64,000 nucleotides of DNA, taken from assembly GCA_964445165.1 (NCBI GenBank), contig CAYUJZ010000002.1, positions 1,737 to 65,736 on the forward strand, in the 5' to 3' direction. A model generated the notes under the pieces. The model searched no databases. It had not been told where the DNA came from and saw nothing but the letters and a program-made list of their open reading frames with translations. Every line of letters starts with the position of its first letter. Position 1 is the stretch's first letter. This stretch comes from an uncultured Methanosarcinales archaeon. Its GTDB lineage: Archaea > Nanobdellota > Nanobdellia > Woesearchaeales > JASKKU01. The position numbers were made by a program, and so were the translations under genes. Shown one piece after another: positions 36,414 to 46,119 of this stretch.

Positions 36414-36475
36414 GTATTATCATAAGTTTTAGAAGCATAAGATTTATATGTTCTTAAAAGAAAAAGCAATTTACT

Positions 36476-37297
36476 TTGAAAGCCTCTGATAAGAAATTGA
36501 TGCTTCACTTTATAATTTCAGGAGTGATAGCTTTCTCAGTTATGCTTTCTTCTAATGCAATGGCGCAAGAATCCTGCCATGACACAGAAGGCAGAATTAA
36601 CTTTTACACCAGGGGCACTGTGTCCGGAATCGCTGATGGCAGGTTTTTTACTTTCACAGATTACTGTAAAGATGACACCCTGGCTGAGTTCTACTGCCAA
36701 AACAATGATGTAAAAAACTTGACATTCGAATGCGAGAATGGCTGTACCGATGGAAGGTGCATGCTTTGCACACCACTAGAGCAAAGATGTGCGGGAAATG
36801 TATTAGAAAGATGCAATGTATTCGGGACAGGCTGGTCGCACCACAGAAACTGCCCACGCGATTGTGAAGATGGAGAATGCGTTGAATTCAGAAGCAGCTC
36901 TAGCGACTTGGTTACCCTGCCTATTGAGCCAGACATCTGGCCTGTTCTTCCTACCTGCTATGACAGCGATGGGCAGGACTTTTACAATAAGGGCTATGTA
37001 GAGCACTCGGTTTACCGGTTTGGGAATTATCTTCAAGTCAGGAAATATGATTACTGCCAAGGAGATTTTTTGAATGAGCAGGTTTGTGCTATGGGAATGC
37101 CTTCATTCATAAGGCACAGGTGCGATTATGGCTGCCGTGACGGCGCCTGCTCTGAGCAAGCCAGCTTCTGGGGAACCTACTGGGACAATGGGTTTAGCCT
37201 TGAGCATGGCGGGATAAATCCCAATCAAAAAAACGAGGTTTATATTCAAAGGCGAGATTCTGCACATCCAAGCAAATATGAAGACAAATGCGTTTAG
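36476..37297 (+). CDS. secreted cysteine-rich repeat protein (C-x2-G-C-x-DG-x-C repeats)
   Basis: 273 aa. N-terminal signal peptide (…AFSVMLSSNAMAQES). At least 24 Cys, with repeated motifs CENGCTDGRC, CPRDCEDGEC and CDYGCRDGAC. The frame continues past TAG at 37295 for 61 more codons containing CPDGCNNGAC. Confidence 0.5.
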   Translation: MKASDKKLMLHFIISGVIAFSVMLSSNAMAQESCHDTEGRINFYTRGTVSGIADGRFFTFTDYCKDDTLAEFYCQNNDVKNLTFECENGCTDGRCMLCTPLEQRCAGNVLERCNVFGTGWSHHRNCPRDCEDGECVEFRSSSSDLVTLPIEPDIWPVLPTCYDSDGQDFYNKGYVEHSVYRFGNYLQVRKYDYCQGDFLNEQVCAMGMPSFIRHRCDYGCRDGACSEQASFWGTYWDNGFSLEHGGINPNQKNEVYIQRRDSAHPSKYEDKCV

Positions 37298-37479
37298 GTA
37301 AGGACAAGGGATGGCTGTGTGCCTGCTGTCAAGGAATACTTCTGCACATCCAGCTTTAAGACTTCTAACTCAAATTCTATGAGAAGTGCATACATGCTAT
37401 GCCCTGATGGGTGCAACAATGGTGCCTGCGTTGGTACCCCTGGCGAGGTTTACATGACTCTGCAGAACCCTGAATGCAG

Positions 37480-38946
37480 CTAGTAAGCCTTGGAGAAAAT
37501 CACAAAATGCTTCGCTTTTTTTGAGCAGTTTATGCAGCTTGCCTCTCCGTGCTCTTTTGAGATATTCCCGGTGATGACTCTTGAGGTGATTCCTTCTGTC
37601 TTTTCGCGGATGTCTGCCTCGCAGGGCTTCTCGCCGCAGAAAGGCACTTCAACCCATTTTCCCTGGTTGATTTCCTGAACCATCTCTATGAAGTTTGAGG
37701 TCTTTTTTGTCCTTGCGTCTATTGAGTCTTTTGCTTTTTTAAAGAGAGATGCCTGGATATTATCCAGCAGTTCAGAGACTTTCTGCTTTGCTTCTGATAT
37801 ATTATAGGACTGCTTTTCGCCTGTGTCTCTCCTGCAGGCAACGAAAGTATGGCTTTCTAAGTCTCTCATGCCCAGTTCTATCCTTACTGGAATTCCTTTA
37901 AGCTCCCACTCGTTAAACTTCCAGCCAGGGGTCATGCTTTCGCGCTGGTCTATCCTGACTTTTAATCCTGAAAGGGCTTTTTTTAGCTTTTCAGCTTCGG
38001 CAAGCACTTTTTCTCTTGCCTCTTCCCTGAAGATTGGGATTATAACCACTTGTGTTGGCGCTACCCTTGGTGGAAGCACAAGCCCTTTATCATCTGAATG
38101 CAACATTATCATTGAGCCGATTAGCCTTGTTGAGAATCCCCAGGAATTCTGAAAGGGGTAATGTTTTTCGGAGTCTTTTCCAAGGAATTGTATATCAAAC
38201 GCCTTTGAGAAGTTCTGGCCGAGGTGGTGGGTGGTGCCCAGCTGGCTGGCTTTGCCGTCTGGCATCAGGCCTTCCATAGTGTTTGTAAATACTGCACCGG
38301 CAAACTTCTCGCTGTCTGTCTTTCTTCCTATCTTTACTGGCATTGCAAGAAGGCTTTCGCAAAGGCTCTTGTACTCCTTTATGTAGTCGTCTGCCTCTTT
38401 TATGCATTCTTTTTCTGTCTCATAAACGCAGTGGCCTTCCTGCCAAAGGAACTCCCTGCTTCTCAAAAAGAGCTTTACTGCGTTTGTCTCCCACCGGACA
38501 ATGTTGCACCATTGGTTTATCTTAAGCGGGAGGTCTCTCCATGAGCGTATCCACTTTGAGTAGGAATCGTACATGATTGCCTCTGATGTTGGCCTTAAAG
38601 CGAGCCGCTCTTCTGAAGAATCCTTTCTTTCTATCCAGGCAACTTCTGGCGAGAAGCCCTCTGCGTGCTCTGCCTCTCTCTTGAAGAATGATTCGGGGAC
38701 AAACATTGGGAAATAAGCATTCTCAACCCCGTACTTTTCAAGAACTTTATTGAAGTGCTCCTGTATTCTCATCCAGATTGCATAGCCAAGCGGCCTTATT
38801 ACCATGCAGCCTTTTACCGGGGCATAGTCTGCCACGCCTGCCTTAAGAACAACCTGGGAATACCACTCGCTGATGTCCTCGCTTTTCTTTACAGTTATGC
38901 CTTTTTCGCTGGGCTTGCTTTCTTTGCTTTCGCCTTGCTTTGCCAT
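37480..38946 (-). CDS. proS: prolyl-tRNA synthetase (archaeal/eukaryotic type)
   Basis: 488 aa. Class II core and archaeal-type C-terminal Zn-binding extension (…CINCSKKAKHFVIFSKAY). Confidence 0.9.
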   Translation of the reverse strand: MAKQGESKESKPSEKGITVKKSEDISEWYSQVVLKAGVADYAPVKGCMVIRPLGYAIWMRIQEHFNKVLEKYGVENAYFPMFVPESFFKREAEHAEGFSPEVAWIERKDSSEERLALRPTSEAIMYDSYSKWIRSWRDLPLKINQWCNIVRWETNAVKLFLRSREFLWQEGHCVYETEKECIKEADDYIKEYKSLCESLLAMPVKIGRKTDSEKFAGAVFTNTMEGLMPDGKASQLGTTHHLGQNFSKAFDIQFLGKDSEKHYPFQNSWGFSTRLIGSMIMLHSDDKGLVLPPRVAPTQVVIIPIFREEAREKVLAEAEKLKKALSGLKVRIDQRESMTPGWKFNEWELKGIPVRIELGMRDLESHTFVACRRDTGEKQSYNISEAKQKVSELLDNIQASLFKKAKDSIDARTKKTSNFIEMVQEINQGKWVEVPFCGEKPCEADIREKTEGITSRVITGNISKEHGEASCINCSKKAKHFVIFSKAY

Positions 38947-39072
38947 GCTTATTCCTAGGTTAATCTAAGTTTTAAATAGGTTTCGATATTATTGAGCTTG
39001 AATGTATATCCTGTGTTTTTAACAACTGCAAAAGAGCAAAATCTATTTAAAGCTTAACTTACAACCCTCTTT

Positions 39073-40578
39073 ATGGAAGAATTAAGTGTTCTGGAGCTTG
39101 CATTAAGGCTTTTCTACGTATTCCTGATAATTGTATGTGGGGTTTTGATATCCAGGCTTGCTTCCCGGGGCTTTGTTAAGCTAAGGAGGGTTGGAAGGGG
39201 CTCTTTTGACAATGGGAATGCCGGGATTTCGGGCATTGCAGAGAAGCTGATTGTGATTACTTCGCTGCTGATTGCGCTGGTATACCTGGGATTCTCTTCT
39301 TATGAGGCTATACTCTCGCCTTTTGTGGATGCTGTGCCAAGGGTTATAACTATTGTACTGCTGTTTGTTATTGGAGTATTTATTATAAACCTGATACTGA
39401 GCCTGATAAGGCTTTTTGTTTCTAAAACCGGCATTGAAGACTACCTAGTTGAGGAGGATTCTGTGCATATCCTAAGGATTTCGTTTATTATTGTCAAGAT
39501 GCTTTTGTACCTGCTGCTGATAAATGTTGTGGCGATTGCGTCTGATTTTCCTATGGTAAGAGAAGCTCTGGGAATGATAGTAATTCCTGCTGTGGTTCTT
39601 CTGATAGCTGTGCTGTTTGTGGGAATGATTAACCCGCTGAGGGATTATGTCGGGGGAGTTTACCTTAAGAATGTATATAAGCTTAAGCCCGGGGCTTCTG
39701 TTGAGTTTCAGGATAAGGGTTATGAGGTTGAAAGGGTGCATAACTTTCATACTGAGCTTGTTTCCAGGGATAACAGGCTTTTTGTGATTCCAAACAGAAT
39801 TCTTTCTGGGGGGATGATTGCGATTGGGAAAAGGGGCAGAGAGATAGAGAGCCTTGAGAGAATAAAGGAGAATTTTTATGCTCAGCTGCCTTCTTACTGC
39901 GGGCCTGCTTCTGCGCAGATTGTGCTTTCTTTCTTTGGGATTGAGTCTAAACAGGAGGAACTGGGCAGGCTGATGAAAACTATTACAAGAACCAAAGAAG
40001 ATGAGGCTGCCGGGACTCACCCGAAAGAGCTTATTTCTGCTGTTGAGGAGTTTACCAATAAAGAGGTAATTGGGTGCTGGCTGGATTATGATAAGATTAG
40101 CAACCTTAAGAAGGAGGCAAGGGAGTGGCTTGGCGAGGGTGCGCTGCTGATTGTTGACTACAAGAAGAAGTACCTCTTCCCAAATGCAAAGAGAGCGCAT
40201 TACTCTGTTGTGGTTGGTGTCAAGAGCGATGAGCTGCTGGTTGTTGACCCTTCGAGCAAGGCCGGAGGGGTTTATTTCTCTGACTATAGGGACATTGAGG
40301 CTGGAATGAATACTTACTCTAGGCTGATTCAGGGAAAAAGAGGCTATATTGTGCTTGCGCCTAAGGGAACCCCTGCGTACAGGAGAATTAAGGACGGGCT
40401 GGTTTACTCTGACATTAACATGTACCAGAAGGCCACTAAGGCCTTAAAGGACAAGCTGAACAAGTTTACGAGCTCAGTTACATTGTATGAGACTTTTCCT
40501 CCTTTCATCAGAAAGCACCTCAAGGATTTCGAGAGGGAGCAGGTCAGAAGGGTGTGGAAGCCAAACCAGAAAAAATAA
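39073..40578 (+). CDS. MscS-like mechanosensitive channel fused to a C-terminal peptidase-C39-like (papain-fold) domain
   Basis: 501 aa. About 5 TM helices, then an MscS beta-domain-like segment KPGASVEFQDKGYEVERVHNFHTELVSRDNRLFVIPNRIL. A C-terminal module carries a candidate catalytic Cys in QLPSYCGPASAQIVL and His/Asp in KRAHYSVVVGVKSDELLVVDP. Confidence 0.45.
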   Translation: MEELSVLELALRLFYVFLIIVCGVLISRLASRGFVKLRRVGRGSFDNGNAGISGIAEKLIVITSLLIALVYLGFSSYEAILSPFVDAVPRVITIVLLFVIGVFIINLILSLIRLFVSKTGIEDYLVEEDSVHILRISFIIVKMLLYLLLINVVAIASDFPMVREALGMIVIPAVVLLIAVLFVGMINPLRDYVGGVYLKNVYKLKPGASVEFQDKGYEVERVHNFHTELVSRDNRLFVIPNRILSGGMIAIGKRGREIESLERIKENFYAQLPSYCGPASAQIVLSFFGIESKQEELGRLMKTITRTKEDEAAGTHPKELISAVEEFTNKEVIGCWLDYDKISNLKKEAREWLGEGALLIVDYKKKYLFPNAKRAHYSVVVGVKSDELLVVDPSSKAGGVYFSDYRDIEAGMNTYSRLIQGKRGYIVLAPKGTPAYRRIKDGLVYSDINMYQKATKALKDKLNKFTSSVTLYETFPPFIRKHLKDFEREQVRRVWKPNQKK

Positions 40579-40603
40579 AAACAAGAGCAAAAGGTGATAA
40601 AAA

Positions 40604-40942
40604 ATGGAAGAAGTATACAAAACATATGCCGGGGATTACCTTGGGATAATAAGGAAACTAACGGGCCTAAGCGGCATTATGGAAGTAAGAGTGCCTAACG
40701 ATATACTTAACTTTGCTGAAGAAGAAGGATTAACTGGCAAAGTAAGAATAGTCCCCTCTGAAGAGCCAGGATTAAGATTCTTATTACGCTGTCTGCCTAT
40801 CAATCCTGAAAGATTTGAGGAAGATATATACAAAGTAACAGGCATAGATGGAAATGTTATGTATGGTAACTGCAACTCTTCATATCACTTTTACATTCCA
40901 GGAAGTAAGTTGCCCATTGTTTTTGAAAGAGCTAATAAATAA
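40604..40942 (+). CDS. hypothetical protein
   Basis: 112-aa ORF 25 nt downstream of the MscS-C39 gene. No motif recognised. Confidence 0.3.
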   Translation: MEEVYKTYAGDYLGIIRKLTGLSGIMEVRVPNDILNFAEEEGLTGKVRIVPSEEPGLRFLLRCLPINPERFEEDIYKVTGIDGNVMYGNCNSSYHFYIPGSKLPIVFERANK

Positions 40943-40977
40943 AATAATTAGCAGCTGCCTGGGTTAGCGAAAGCATC

Positions 40978-42168
40978 TTGATACTAACCAAAAGATTAAT
41001 AAAAAAAGGAGAAGCTAAGGTTTCTATGGATTATAAGCTTACGCCCTGGGAAGCAAAAGGGAACTTTGACTATGAGAGGATAATCAAGGACTTTGGCATA
41101 TCGAAGATTGACGCCGGGCTTCTTAAAAGGATTGAAGCGATTGCTGCTAAGAAGGGCCTTCTTGTTCATCATATGCTGAGGAGAGGGATTTTCTTTGCTC
41201 ACAGAGACCTTGGCTGGCTTCTTGATGAGTTTGAAAAAGGCAAGGAGGTTTTTCTTTATACTGGAAGAGGGCCTTCCGGGAGGGTTCACCTTGGGCATCT
41301 TGTACCTTTGCTATTCACTAAGTACCTTCAGGACCTTTTTGGTGCTGAGCTTTACCTGCAGTTTACTGATGACGAGAAGTTTTTGTTCAAGAGGGAATTA
41401 AGCCTGGAAGATGTGAGAAATTATACTGAAGAAAATATTCTGGATATCATGGCTGTTGGCTTCGACCTTAAGAGGACAAAGGTAATTATTGACACTAAGC
41501 ATGCCGGGCTTCTTTACCCTGAGGCTATCAGGGTTGCGAAGAAGATAACTTTCTCGACTGTTAAGGCGAGCTTTGGGTTTGACAACGGGACCAACATCGG
41601 GAGCATATTCTTTACTGCGATGCAAGCTGTGCCTGCTTTTTTGCCTTCTGTGCTGAAAAAGAGGAATGTTCCCTGCCTGATTCCGCATGCTGTTGACCAG
41701 GACCCGCATTTCAGGGTTACAAGGGATATTTTGCCTAAGCTCGGATACTACAAGCCGGCATCTATCCAGTGCATGTTCCTGCCAAGCCTGCTTGGGGTTG
41801 AAAGCGAGAGCAAGATGTCTTCTTCTATTGATAACGGGATTTACCTTTCTGATGACGAGAAGGCTGTCAGGAGAAAAATCAACAAGTATGCTTTCTCAGG
41901 CGGGCAGGCAACTGTGGAGGAGCACAGGAAAAAGGGCGGCAACCCTGATGTTGACATTCCGTACCTCTGGCTTACTTTCTTTGAGGATAATGATGCAAAG
42001 CTTAAGAAGATACATGATGACTACAGGTCTGGAAAGCTGCTATCCGGCGAGATTAAGAAGATTATTGCTGACAAGCTGGTATCTATCCTGAATGAGATTA
42101 AGGAAAGAAAGGAGAAGCTCAGGCCGAAGCTAAAGGAGATTATGGGTTCTCTAGACAAGTCCTTTTAA
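40978..42168 (+). CDS. trpS: tryptophanyl-tRNA synthetase (archaeal/eukaryotic type)
   Basis: 396 aa. HIGH-class motif GRVHLGHL and KMSSS. Long stretches align with eukaryotic TrpRS (FLYTGRGPS…FTDDEKFL…AMQAVPAF…CLIPHAVDQDPHFRVTRD…KINKYAFSGGQATVEEHRKKGGNPDVD). Confidence 0.9.
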   Translation: MILTKRLIKKGEAKVSMDYKLTPWEAKGNFDYERIIKDFGISKIDAGLLKRIEAIAAKKGLLVHHMLRRGIFFAHRDLGWLLDEFEKGKEVFLYTGRGPSGRVHLGHLVPLLFTKYLQDLFGAELYLQFTDDEKFLFKRELSLEDVRNYTEENILDIMAVGFDLKRTKVIIDTKHAGLLYPEAIRVAKKITFSTVKASFGFDNGTNIGSIFFTAMQAVPAFLPSVLKKRNVPCLIPHAVDQDPHFRVTRDILPKLGYYKPASIQCMFLPSLLGVESESKMSSSIDNGIYLSDDEKAVRRKINKYAFSGGQATVEEHRKKGGNPDVDIPYLWLTFFEDNDAKLKKIHDDYRSGKLLSGEIKKIIADKLVSILNEIKERKEKLRPKLKEIMGSLDKSF

Positions 42169-42184
42169 AGAATCTAAAAGCTAG

Positions 42185-42814
42185 TTAGCCAAGCAGGCTG
42201 TCTAATTTTATTTGATTAATATTATAAAGCCCTGGCGGCCTTCTTCTATTAAGCCCAAGAAAAGCAGACTCAAGCTGTTTAACATTTGGGGACAAATGAA
42301 CAATAGTGAATAAATGAATAGGGATTGTAGCAGAAGGCGGCACTTTTAAGTATCCAGACAAAAATGATTTTAGAAAATCTTGCTCAACAACATCCAACTT
42401 ATACGTGTTTTTAAAATGCCCAACAGTATCCTGAAACTCTAAGGCTGCTGGCTGGACTTTGCCTCTATGAAAGCTTCCTGAATCCTCCTGATTGGCAACT
42501 GGGCTTTTTGCCAGTATTGGCTGAAAAGAGATTGGGCTAAAGGCATATTCCTGGATTTCAGGAAACAAAGCCTCAATAATATTGTTGAGCGTGTCATGGT
42601 CTTGCTCAGAATCTAGGCGAAGCTTAAATTTATCAGGCTTGTGCCAGGGGCTTTTGCCTGTATAAAGAACAAAATGGTGAAGCTCCTGGGCAGGGCCCAT
42701 GATTTCTGGGGTTACCATATAAGATGATAAGACATCTAGAAATCCTTCTTTTTGTAGCTGAGCCAGCTTCTCTGGAACTGATTTCCAATGCCTGCCATAA
42801 ATATTTTCTGCCAT
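42185..42814 (-). CDS. hypothetical protein
   Basis: 209-aa ORF. No confident family assignment. Confidence 0.3.
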   Translation of the reverse strand: MAENIYGRHWKSVPEKLAQLQKEGFLDVLSSYMVTPEIMGPAQELHHFVLYTGKSPWHKPDKFKLRLDSEQDHDTLNNIIEALFPEIQEYAFSPISFQPILAKSPVANQEDSGSFHRGKVQPAALEFQDTVGHFKNTYKLDVVEQDFLKSFLSGYLKVPPSATIPIHLFTIVHLSPNVKQLESAFLGLNRRRPPGLYNINQIKLDSLLG

Positions 42815-42849
42815 ATAGCAGGAGAAATAGCCAGGGTTTATAAAAGTTA

Positions 42850-43542
42850 CTAAAGAGTGGTAACTTGTTTTTCTAAGAGAGTTCCTTTGTATTTTTTTCC
42901 GGCCAAGAATGCTTTTATGCTCCTGAAATCCCTGCCATTTATGATTGCTACTTTAATGCTGTTCTTCCTGCAGAACTCTGCTGCCACAGGGTCAAACGGG
43001 CAGTTCATCCCTGGTGAGAAAAGGGGGAACATAGAAAGGTATTCCTGCCAGCTGGCTTTTTTAATTGGGTTTGCATCCTGATGGGTAGAAGGATTTTTAT
43101 CATAAAGAAAATCCACATTGGTCAGGTTAAGCACAATGCCAGTGCTGTAGGTTTTTGCGCAGGCTGCTGCCACATAATCAGAGGAAAAGCCTGGCTTGTA
43201 TCCTGAGTAGATAAGAATGCTCTCTTTTGCTTTTGCCTTTTTGAAAGGGTTTGAAAGAGTCTTTTTATAAGCATAGCTTGAGAAACATCGCTTTACCAGC
43301 CCTGCATTCAGGCGGGTTGCCTCTATTCCGAGCCAGTCTAGCTGTGATGGGTCTTTTATTCCGAGCTTTTTTCCTGCTGTTATGTATGACCTTGCGGTCC
43401 TGCCTCCACCTACAACTACAATAAGCCTGGTTTTTTGTGAGATTTTTTCAGCAAATCTTGCAAAATCATTTATAAAATCAGTATCCGGAAAGCTGCTTGA
43501 GAAAATAAGAGATCCCCCCAGGGAAAGTATTGCTGTCTTCAT
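42850..43542 (-). CDS. pyrH: UMP kinase (archaeal PyrH, amino-acid-kinase fold)
   Basis: MKTAILSLGGSLI…VVVGGGRTARSYI…GIEATRLNAGLV are the signature motifs of archaeal UMP kinases. The start is taken at the internal ATG (43542), which overlaps the stop of the upstream gene by 4 nt. The ORF track extends further, to 43650. Confidence 0.7.
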   Translation of the reverse strand: MKTAILSLGGSLIFSSSFPDTDFINDFARFAEKISQKTRLIVVVGGGRTARSYITAGKKLGIKDPSQLDWLGIEATRLNAGLVKRCFSSYAYKKTLSNPFKKAKAKESILIYSGYKPGFSSDYVAAACAKTYSTGIVLNLTNVDFLYDKNPSTHQDANPIKKASWQEYLSMFPLFSPGMNCPFDPVAAEFCRKNSIKVAIINGRDFRSIKAFLAGKKYKGTLLEKQVTTL

Positions 43543-43892
43543 TTCGACATGCCTACAAGGATTACTCCAATTATGATAAGCAGTATAGCAGCAAGCTTTT
43601 TTCTCCCAACCTTTTCCTTGAGAAAAAAGACTGACAAAATAACAGTCCATATGTAAGAAAGGGAAGTTATAGGGTATGCAATTGAAACAGGCAGCACTTT
43701 TAGAGATGGAATGAACACAATCGTTGAGAAGAAGTAAAGTACAAAGCCTAAGATCACTGTATGGTTTGATAAGAGTGTCTTCAGCGAAAACCTGCCAGAG
43801 CCTTTCTTTAGCATAAGCGCCCCAAAACTTCCAAGGACTGTGGATAATACGACAAGCCCAACTGCACTGATAAAGCTAGCCAAGTGGGCCAC
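43539..43892 (-). CDS. small 4-TM DMT/SMR-like transporter subunit
   Basis: 117 aa with 4 TM helices and an EamA/SMR-like hydrophobic pattern. Paired with the adjacent homologous gene. Confidence 0.45.
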   Translation of the reverse strand: MAHLASFISAVGLVVLSTVLGSFGALMLKKGSGRFSLKTLLSNHTVILGFVLYFFSTIVFIPSLKVLPVSIAYPITSLSYIWTVILSVFFLKEKVGRKKLAAILLIIIGVILVGMSK

Positions 43893-44268
43893 CCCCTTCT
43901 TTTGCCGGGACTGGCTTTGAAGCCTGGCTTAAAACGAAAATGCCTGAAAAAATCGTAATAATTCCAGCTATTTTGAGAAGGCTCAGGGCTTCTTCGAAAA
44001 TAAAGAAAGAAAGCACTGCAACCCAGATAAAGCCTGAGGCAATGATTGGGTATACTATAGAAAGCTCTGCTCTCTTCAGCGCTGTTATGAGAAGCAGGGC
44101 AGAAAGGAAGTAAAGAAATAATGCACCTAATAATGGAAAGTTTGTAATAAGCACAAATGGATTGAGGGAAAACTCTTCTGAAGAAACCTTAAAAAGCATC
44201 TGGGCAATTGAATTCAGGAATGTTGAGAAGAATACAATTCCGAGAACCGAGCCTTTCATTGCTACCAA
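43876..44268 (-). CDS. small 4-TM DMT/SMR-like transporter subunit
   Basis: 130 aa with 4 TM helices. Overlaps its partner by 17 nt, the arrangement of paired SMR systems such as EbrAB/YkkCD. Confidence 0.45.
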   Translation of the reverse strand: MVAMKGSVLGIVFFSTFLNSIAQMLFKVSSEEFSLNPFVLITNFPLLGALFLYFLSALLLITALKRAELSIVYPIIASGFIWVAVLSFFIFEEALSLLKIAGIITIFSGIFVLSQASKPVPAKEGGGPLG

Positions 44269-44336
44269 AAAAATTCTTTTATTTTTAAGCTTTTGGTTTA
44301 AAGAAAAGATTAAAGAAAAAGAAAAAAGAGGGAAAA

Positions 44337-45419
44337 TCAGTCAACAATCTCTATCCCAAGCTCATCTGTGAGGGCTTCCTGCTCGTACATCTCTCTTGTC
44401 TCTTCCCTGTGAGCTTTCTTTCCAAGCACCCATGGCGACTTGACTCCTGTTATGATTGTCATGACAACCACTTTCCCTTTCATGTCGTCGGTAACCCTTG
44501 CTCCCCAGATAACATTCGCACTGTCGTCCAATGAGCCTGTTACTTTCTCTCCTATCTGGTTGATTTCCTCAAGAGTCAGGTCCGGGCCTCCGTGGACATG
44601 TATTAATGCCCCGCCTGCGCCTTCGTAGCTTATGTCGAGAAGGGGGTTCTCAAGCGCCTGCTTGACCGACTCGTCAACCTTATTGTTAGTGTCTGAATAG
44701 CCTACACCAATAACAGCAACGCCTCCGTCTTTCATTATTGCTCTTACATCAGCAAAGTCAAGGTTAACAAGGGATGGTATTGCTATTGTCTCAACTATGC
44801 CTTTAATCATTGTAGAAATAAGCTCATTTGCCACTGCAAATGCCTGCCTGATAGGAAGGTCTCCTGCAACCTCTACGAGCCTGTTGTTGTCAATAACTAT
44901 TACTGTATCACAGCTCTGCCTCAGGCTTGAAAGGCCCATCTCTGCCTTATCTATCCTTGCCCTTTCTATCTTGAAAGGCATGGTTACTACGCCTATGACT
45001 ATTGAGCCTATGTCTCTCGCAACCTTCGCAACTACCGGGGCTGCCCCGGTTCCTGTGCCTCCGCCCATTCCTGCACAGACAAAAACCATGTCAGCGCTGT
45101 CAAGGGAATCCTTGATTTTGGTAAGCGCTTCCCTTGCTGACTCTTCGCCTTTCTCAGGAAACCCTCCACACCCAAGGCCTTTGGTAACATTCTCACCTAT
45201 CAAAAACTTTTTATCAGCACTGGTAATATTAAGGTGCTGCTGATCGGTATTCATTGCAAAGATTTCAGCACCTTTGACTCCTTTTTCATGAAGCCAGGAA
45301 GCCATGTTGTTCCCTGCGCCGCCTACGCCAACGACCTTAATATTGGCTTGTCCTACGGTATTAGCAAACTTTTTTATTTCGTCCTCGTTCTTGAGTGCGT
45401 TTTCCAGAAGCACATTCAT
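44337..45419 (-). CDS. ftsZ: cell division GTPase FtsZ
   Basis: 360 aa. Tubulin signature GGGTGTGAAPVVA, plus the NTDQQHL and T7-loop regions. Confidence 0.9.
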   Translation of the reverse strand: MNVLLENALKNEDEIKKFANTVGQANIKVVGVGGAGNNMASWLHEKGVKGAEIFAMNTDQQHLNITSADKKFLIGENVTKGLGCGGFPEKGEESAREALTKIKDSLDSADMVFVCAGMGGGTGTGAAPVVAKVARDIGSIVIGVVTMPFKIERARIDKAEMGLSSLRQSCDTVIVIDNNRLVEVAGDLPIRQAFAVANELISTMIKGIVETIAIPSLVNLDFADVRAIMKDGGVAVIGVGYSDTNNKVDESVKQALENPLLDISYEGAGGALIHVHGGPDLTLEEINQIGEKVTGSLDDSANVIWGARVTDDMKGKVVVMTIITGVKSPWVLGKKAHREETREMYEQEALTDELGIEIVD

Positions 45420-45588
45420 GTTTTTTCCCCCTCAATAATATTTAGGCAAGCCCTAATGAACCAGCCTGAAATCAAAACAGAGGCACAACTATTTAAACAT
45501 TTCTATTTTTGAAAAGATATTTCAAAAATGTTCAAAGAAGCAAATATACAGAAAGCAAAAAGTTTTTAGACGAGAAAAACCCGACAGC

Positions 45589-46119
45589 CTAAGGGAAAAC
45601 CTGTTTTCTCTCATCAGCATACATTCCCATTTTTGACATCTGCTCAAACTGGCTTTCTGAAAGTATCATAAACTTTACCTGAAACCCTGTTTCCTCAAAC
45701 AACTTTTTTGCTGCCTGCTCAACTGCCTGCGAGCTTACATTTTCACCAAGTATTATCAGGCTTGCTGTCTCATCCGTGACTTTTCCATAAAGGTAAACCT
45801 TAATAATGCCGGATACCTGGGAAAGATAGCCCATAAGAACTTCAAGAGGCTTCTGCTTGCTTGACATCACTTCTGAAATCATCTTGCCTTTCTGGCTTTT
45901 TGAGAGGGAAAAAAGCCTCTGCGGGCCATAGCTCTTTTCATCTATATACTTCTTTTCTACAAGGAATTTCAGGATTCTGAAAGTGGTTGCTATGCTTACT
46001 TTTGAAAGGCCTGAAATTTCCTTAAGGTAAAAATTCTTTGATGGCTCTTTTACAAAAACCCTAAGAATTCTCATTATCTTTTCATCAACAAGGTCGTCCA
46101 GTATTTCATAAACCTTCAT
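45589..46119 (-). CDS. winged-helix DNA-binding protein (putative transcription regulator)
   Basis: 176 aa. N-terminal wHTH-like SKNFYLKEISGLSKVSIATTFRILKFLVEKKYI. Confidence 0.35.
   Translation of the reverse strand: MKVYEILDDLVDEKIMRILRVFVKEPSKNFYLKEISGLSKVSIATTFRILKFLVEKKYIDEKSYGPQRLFSLSKSQKGKMISEVMSSKQKPLEVLMGYLSQVSGIIKVYLYGKVTDETASLIILGENVSSQAVEQAAKKLFEETGFQVKFMILSESQFEQMSKMGMYADERKQVFP

Noticed and set aside
37295-37297. TAG as a recoded sense codon (for example pyrrolysine) to explain the in-frame continuation of the Cys-rich gene
   Set aside because: TAG clearly terminates other genes here, for example the HAD gene at 4393-4395. Nothing Pyl-related was noticed. A nonsense mutation or sequencing error is more parsimonious.
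42185-42814. Assigning the 209-aa protein to the 2H phosphoesterase or a tRNA-modification family
   Set aside because: The HLFT / HHFV segments do not fit the H-x-[TS]-x 2H motif cleanly. No other diagnostic motif found. Left as hypothetical.
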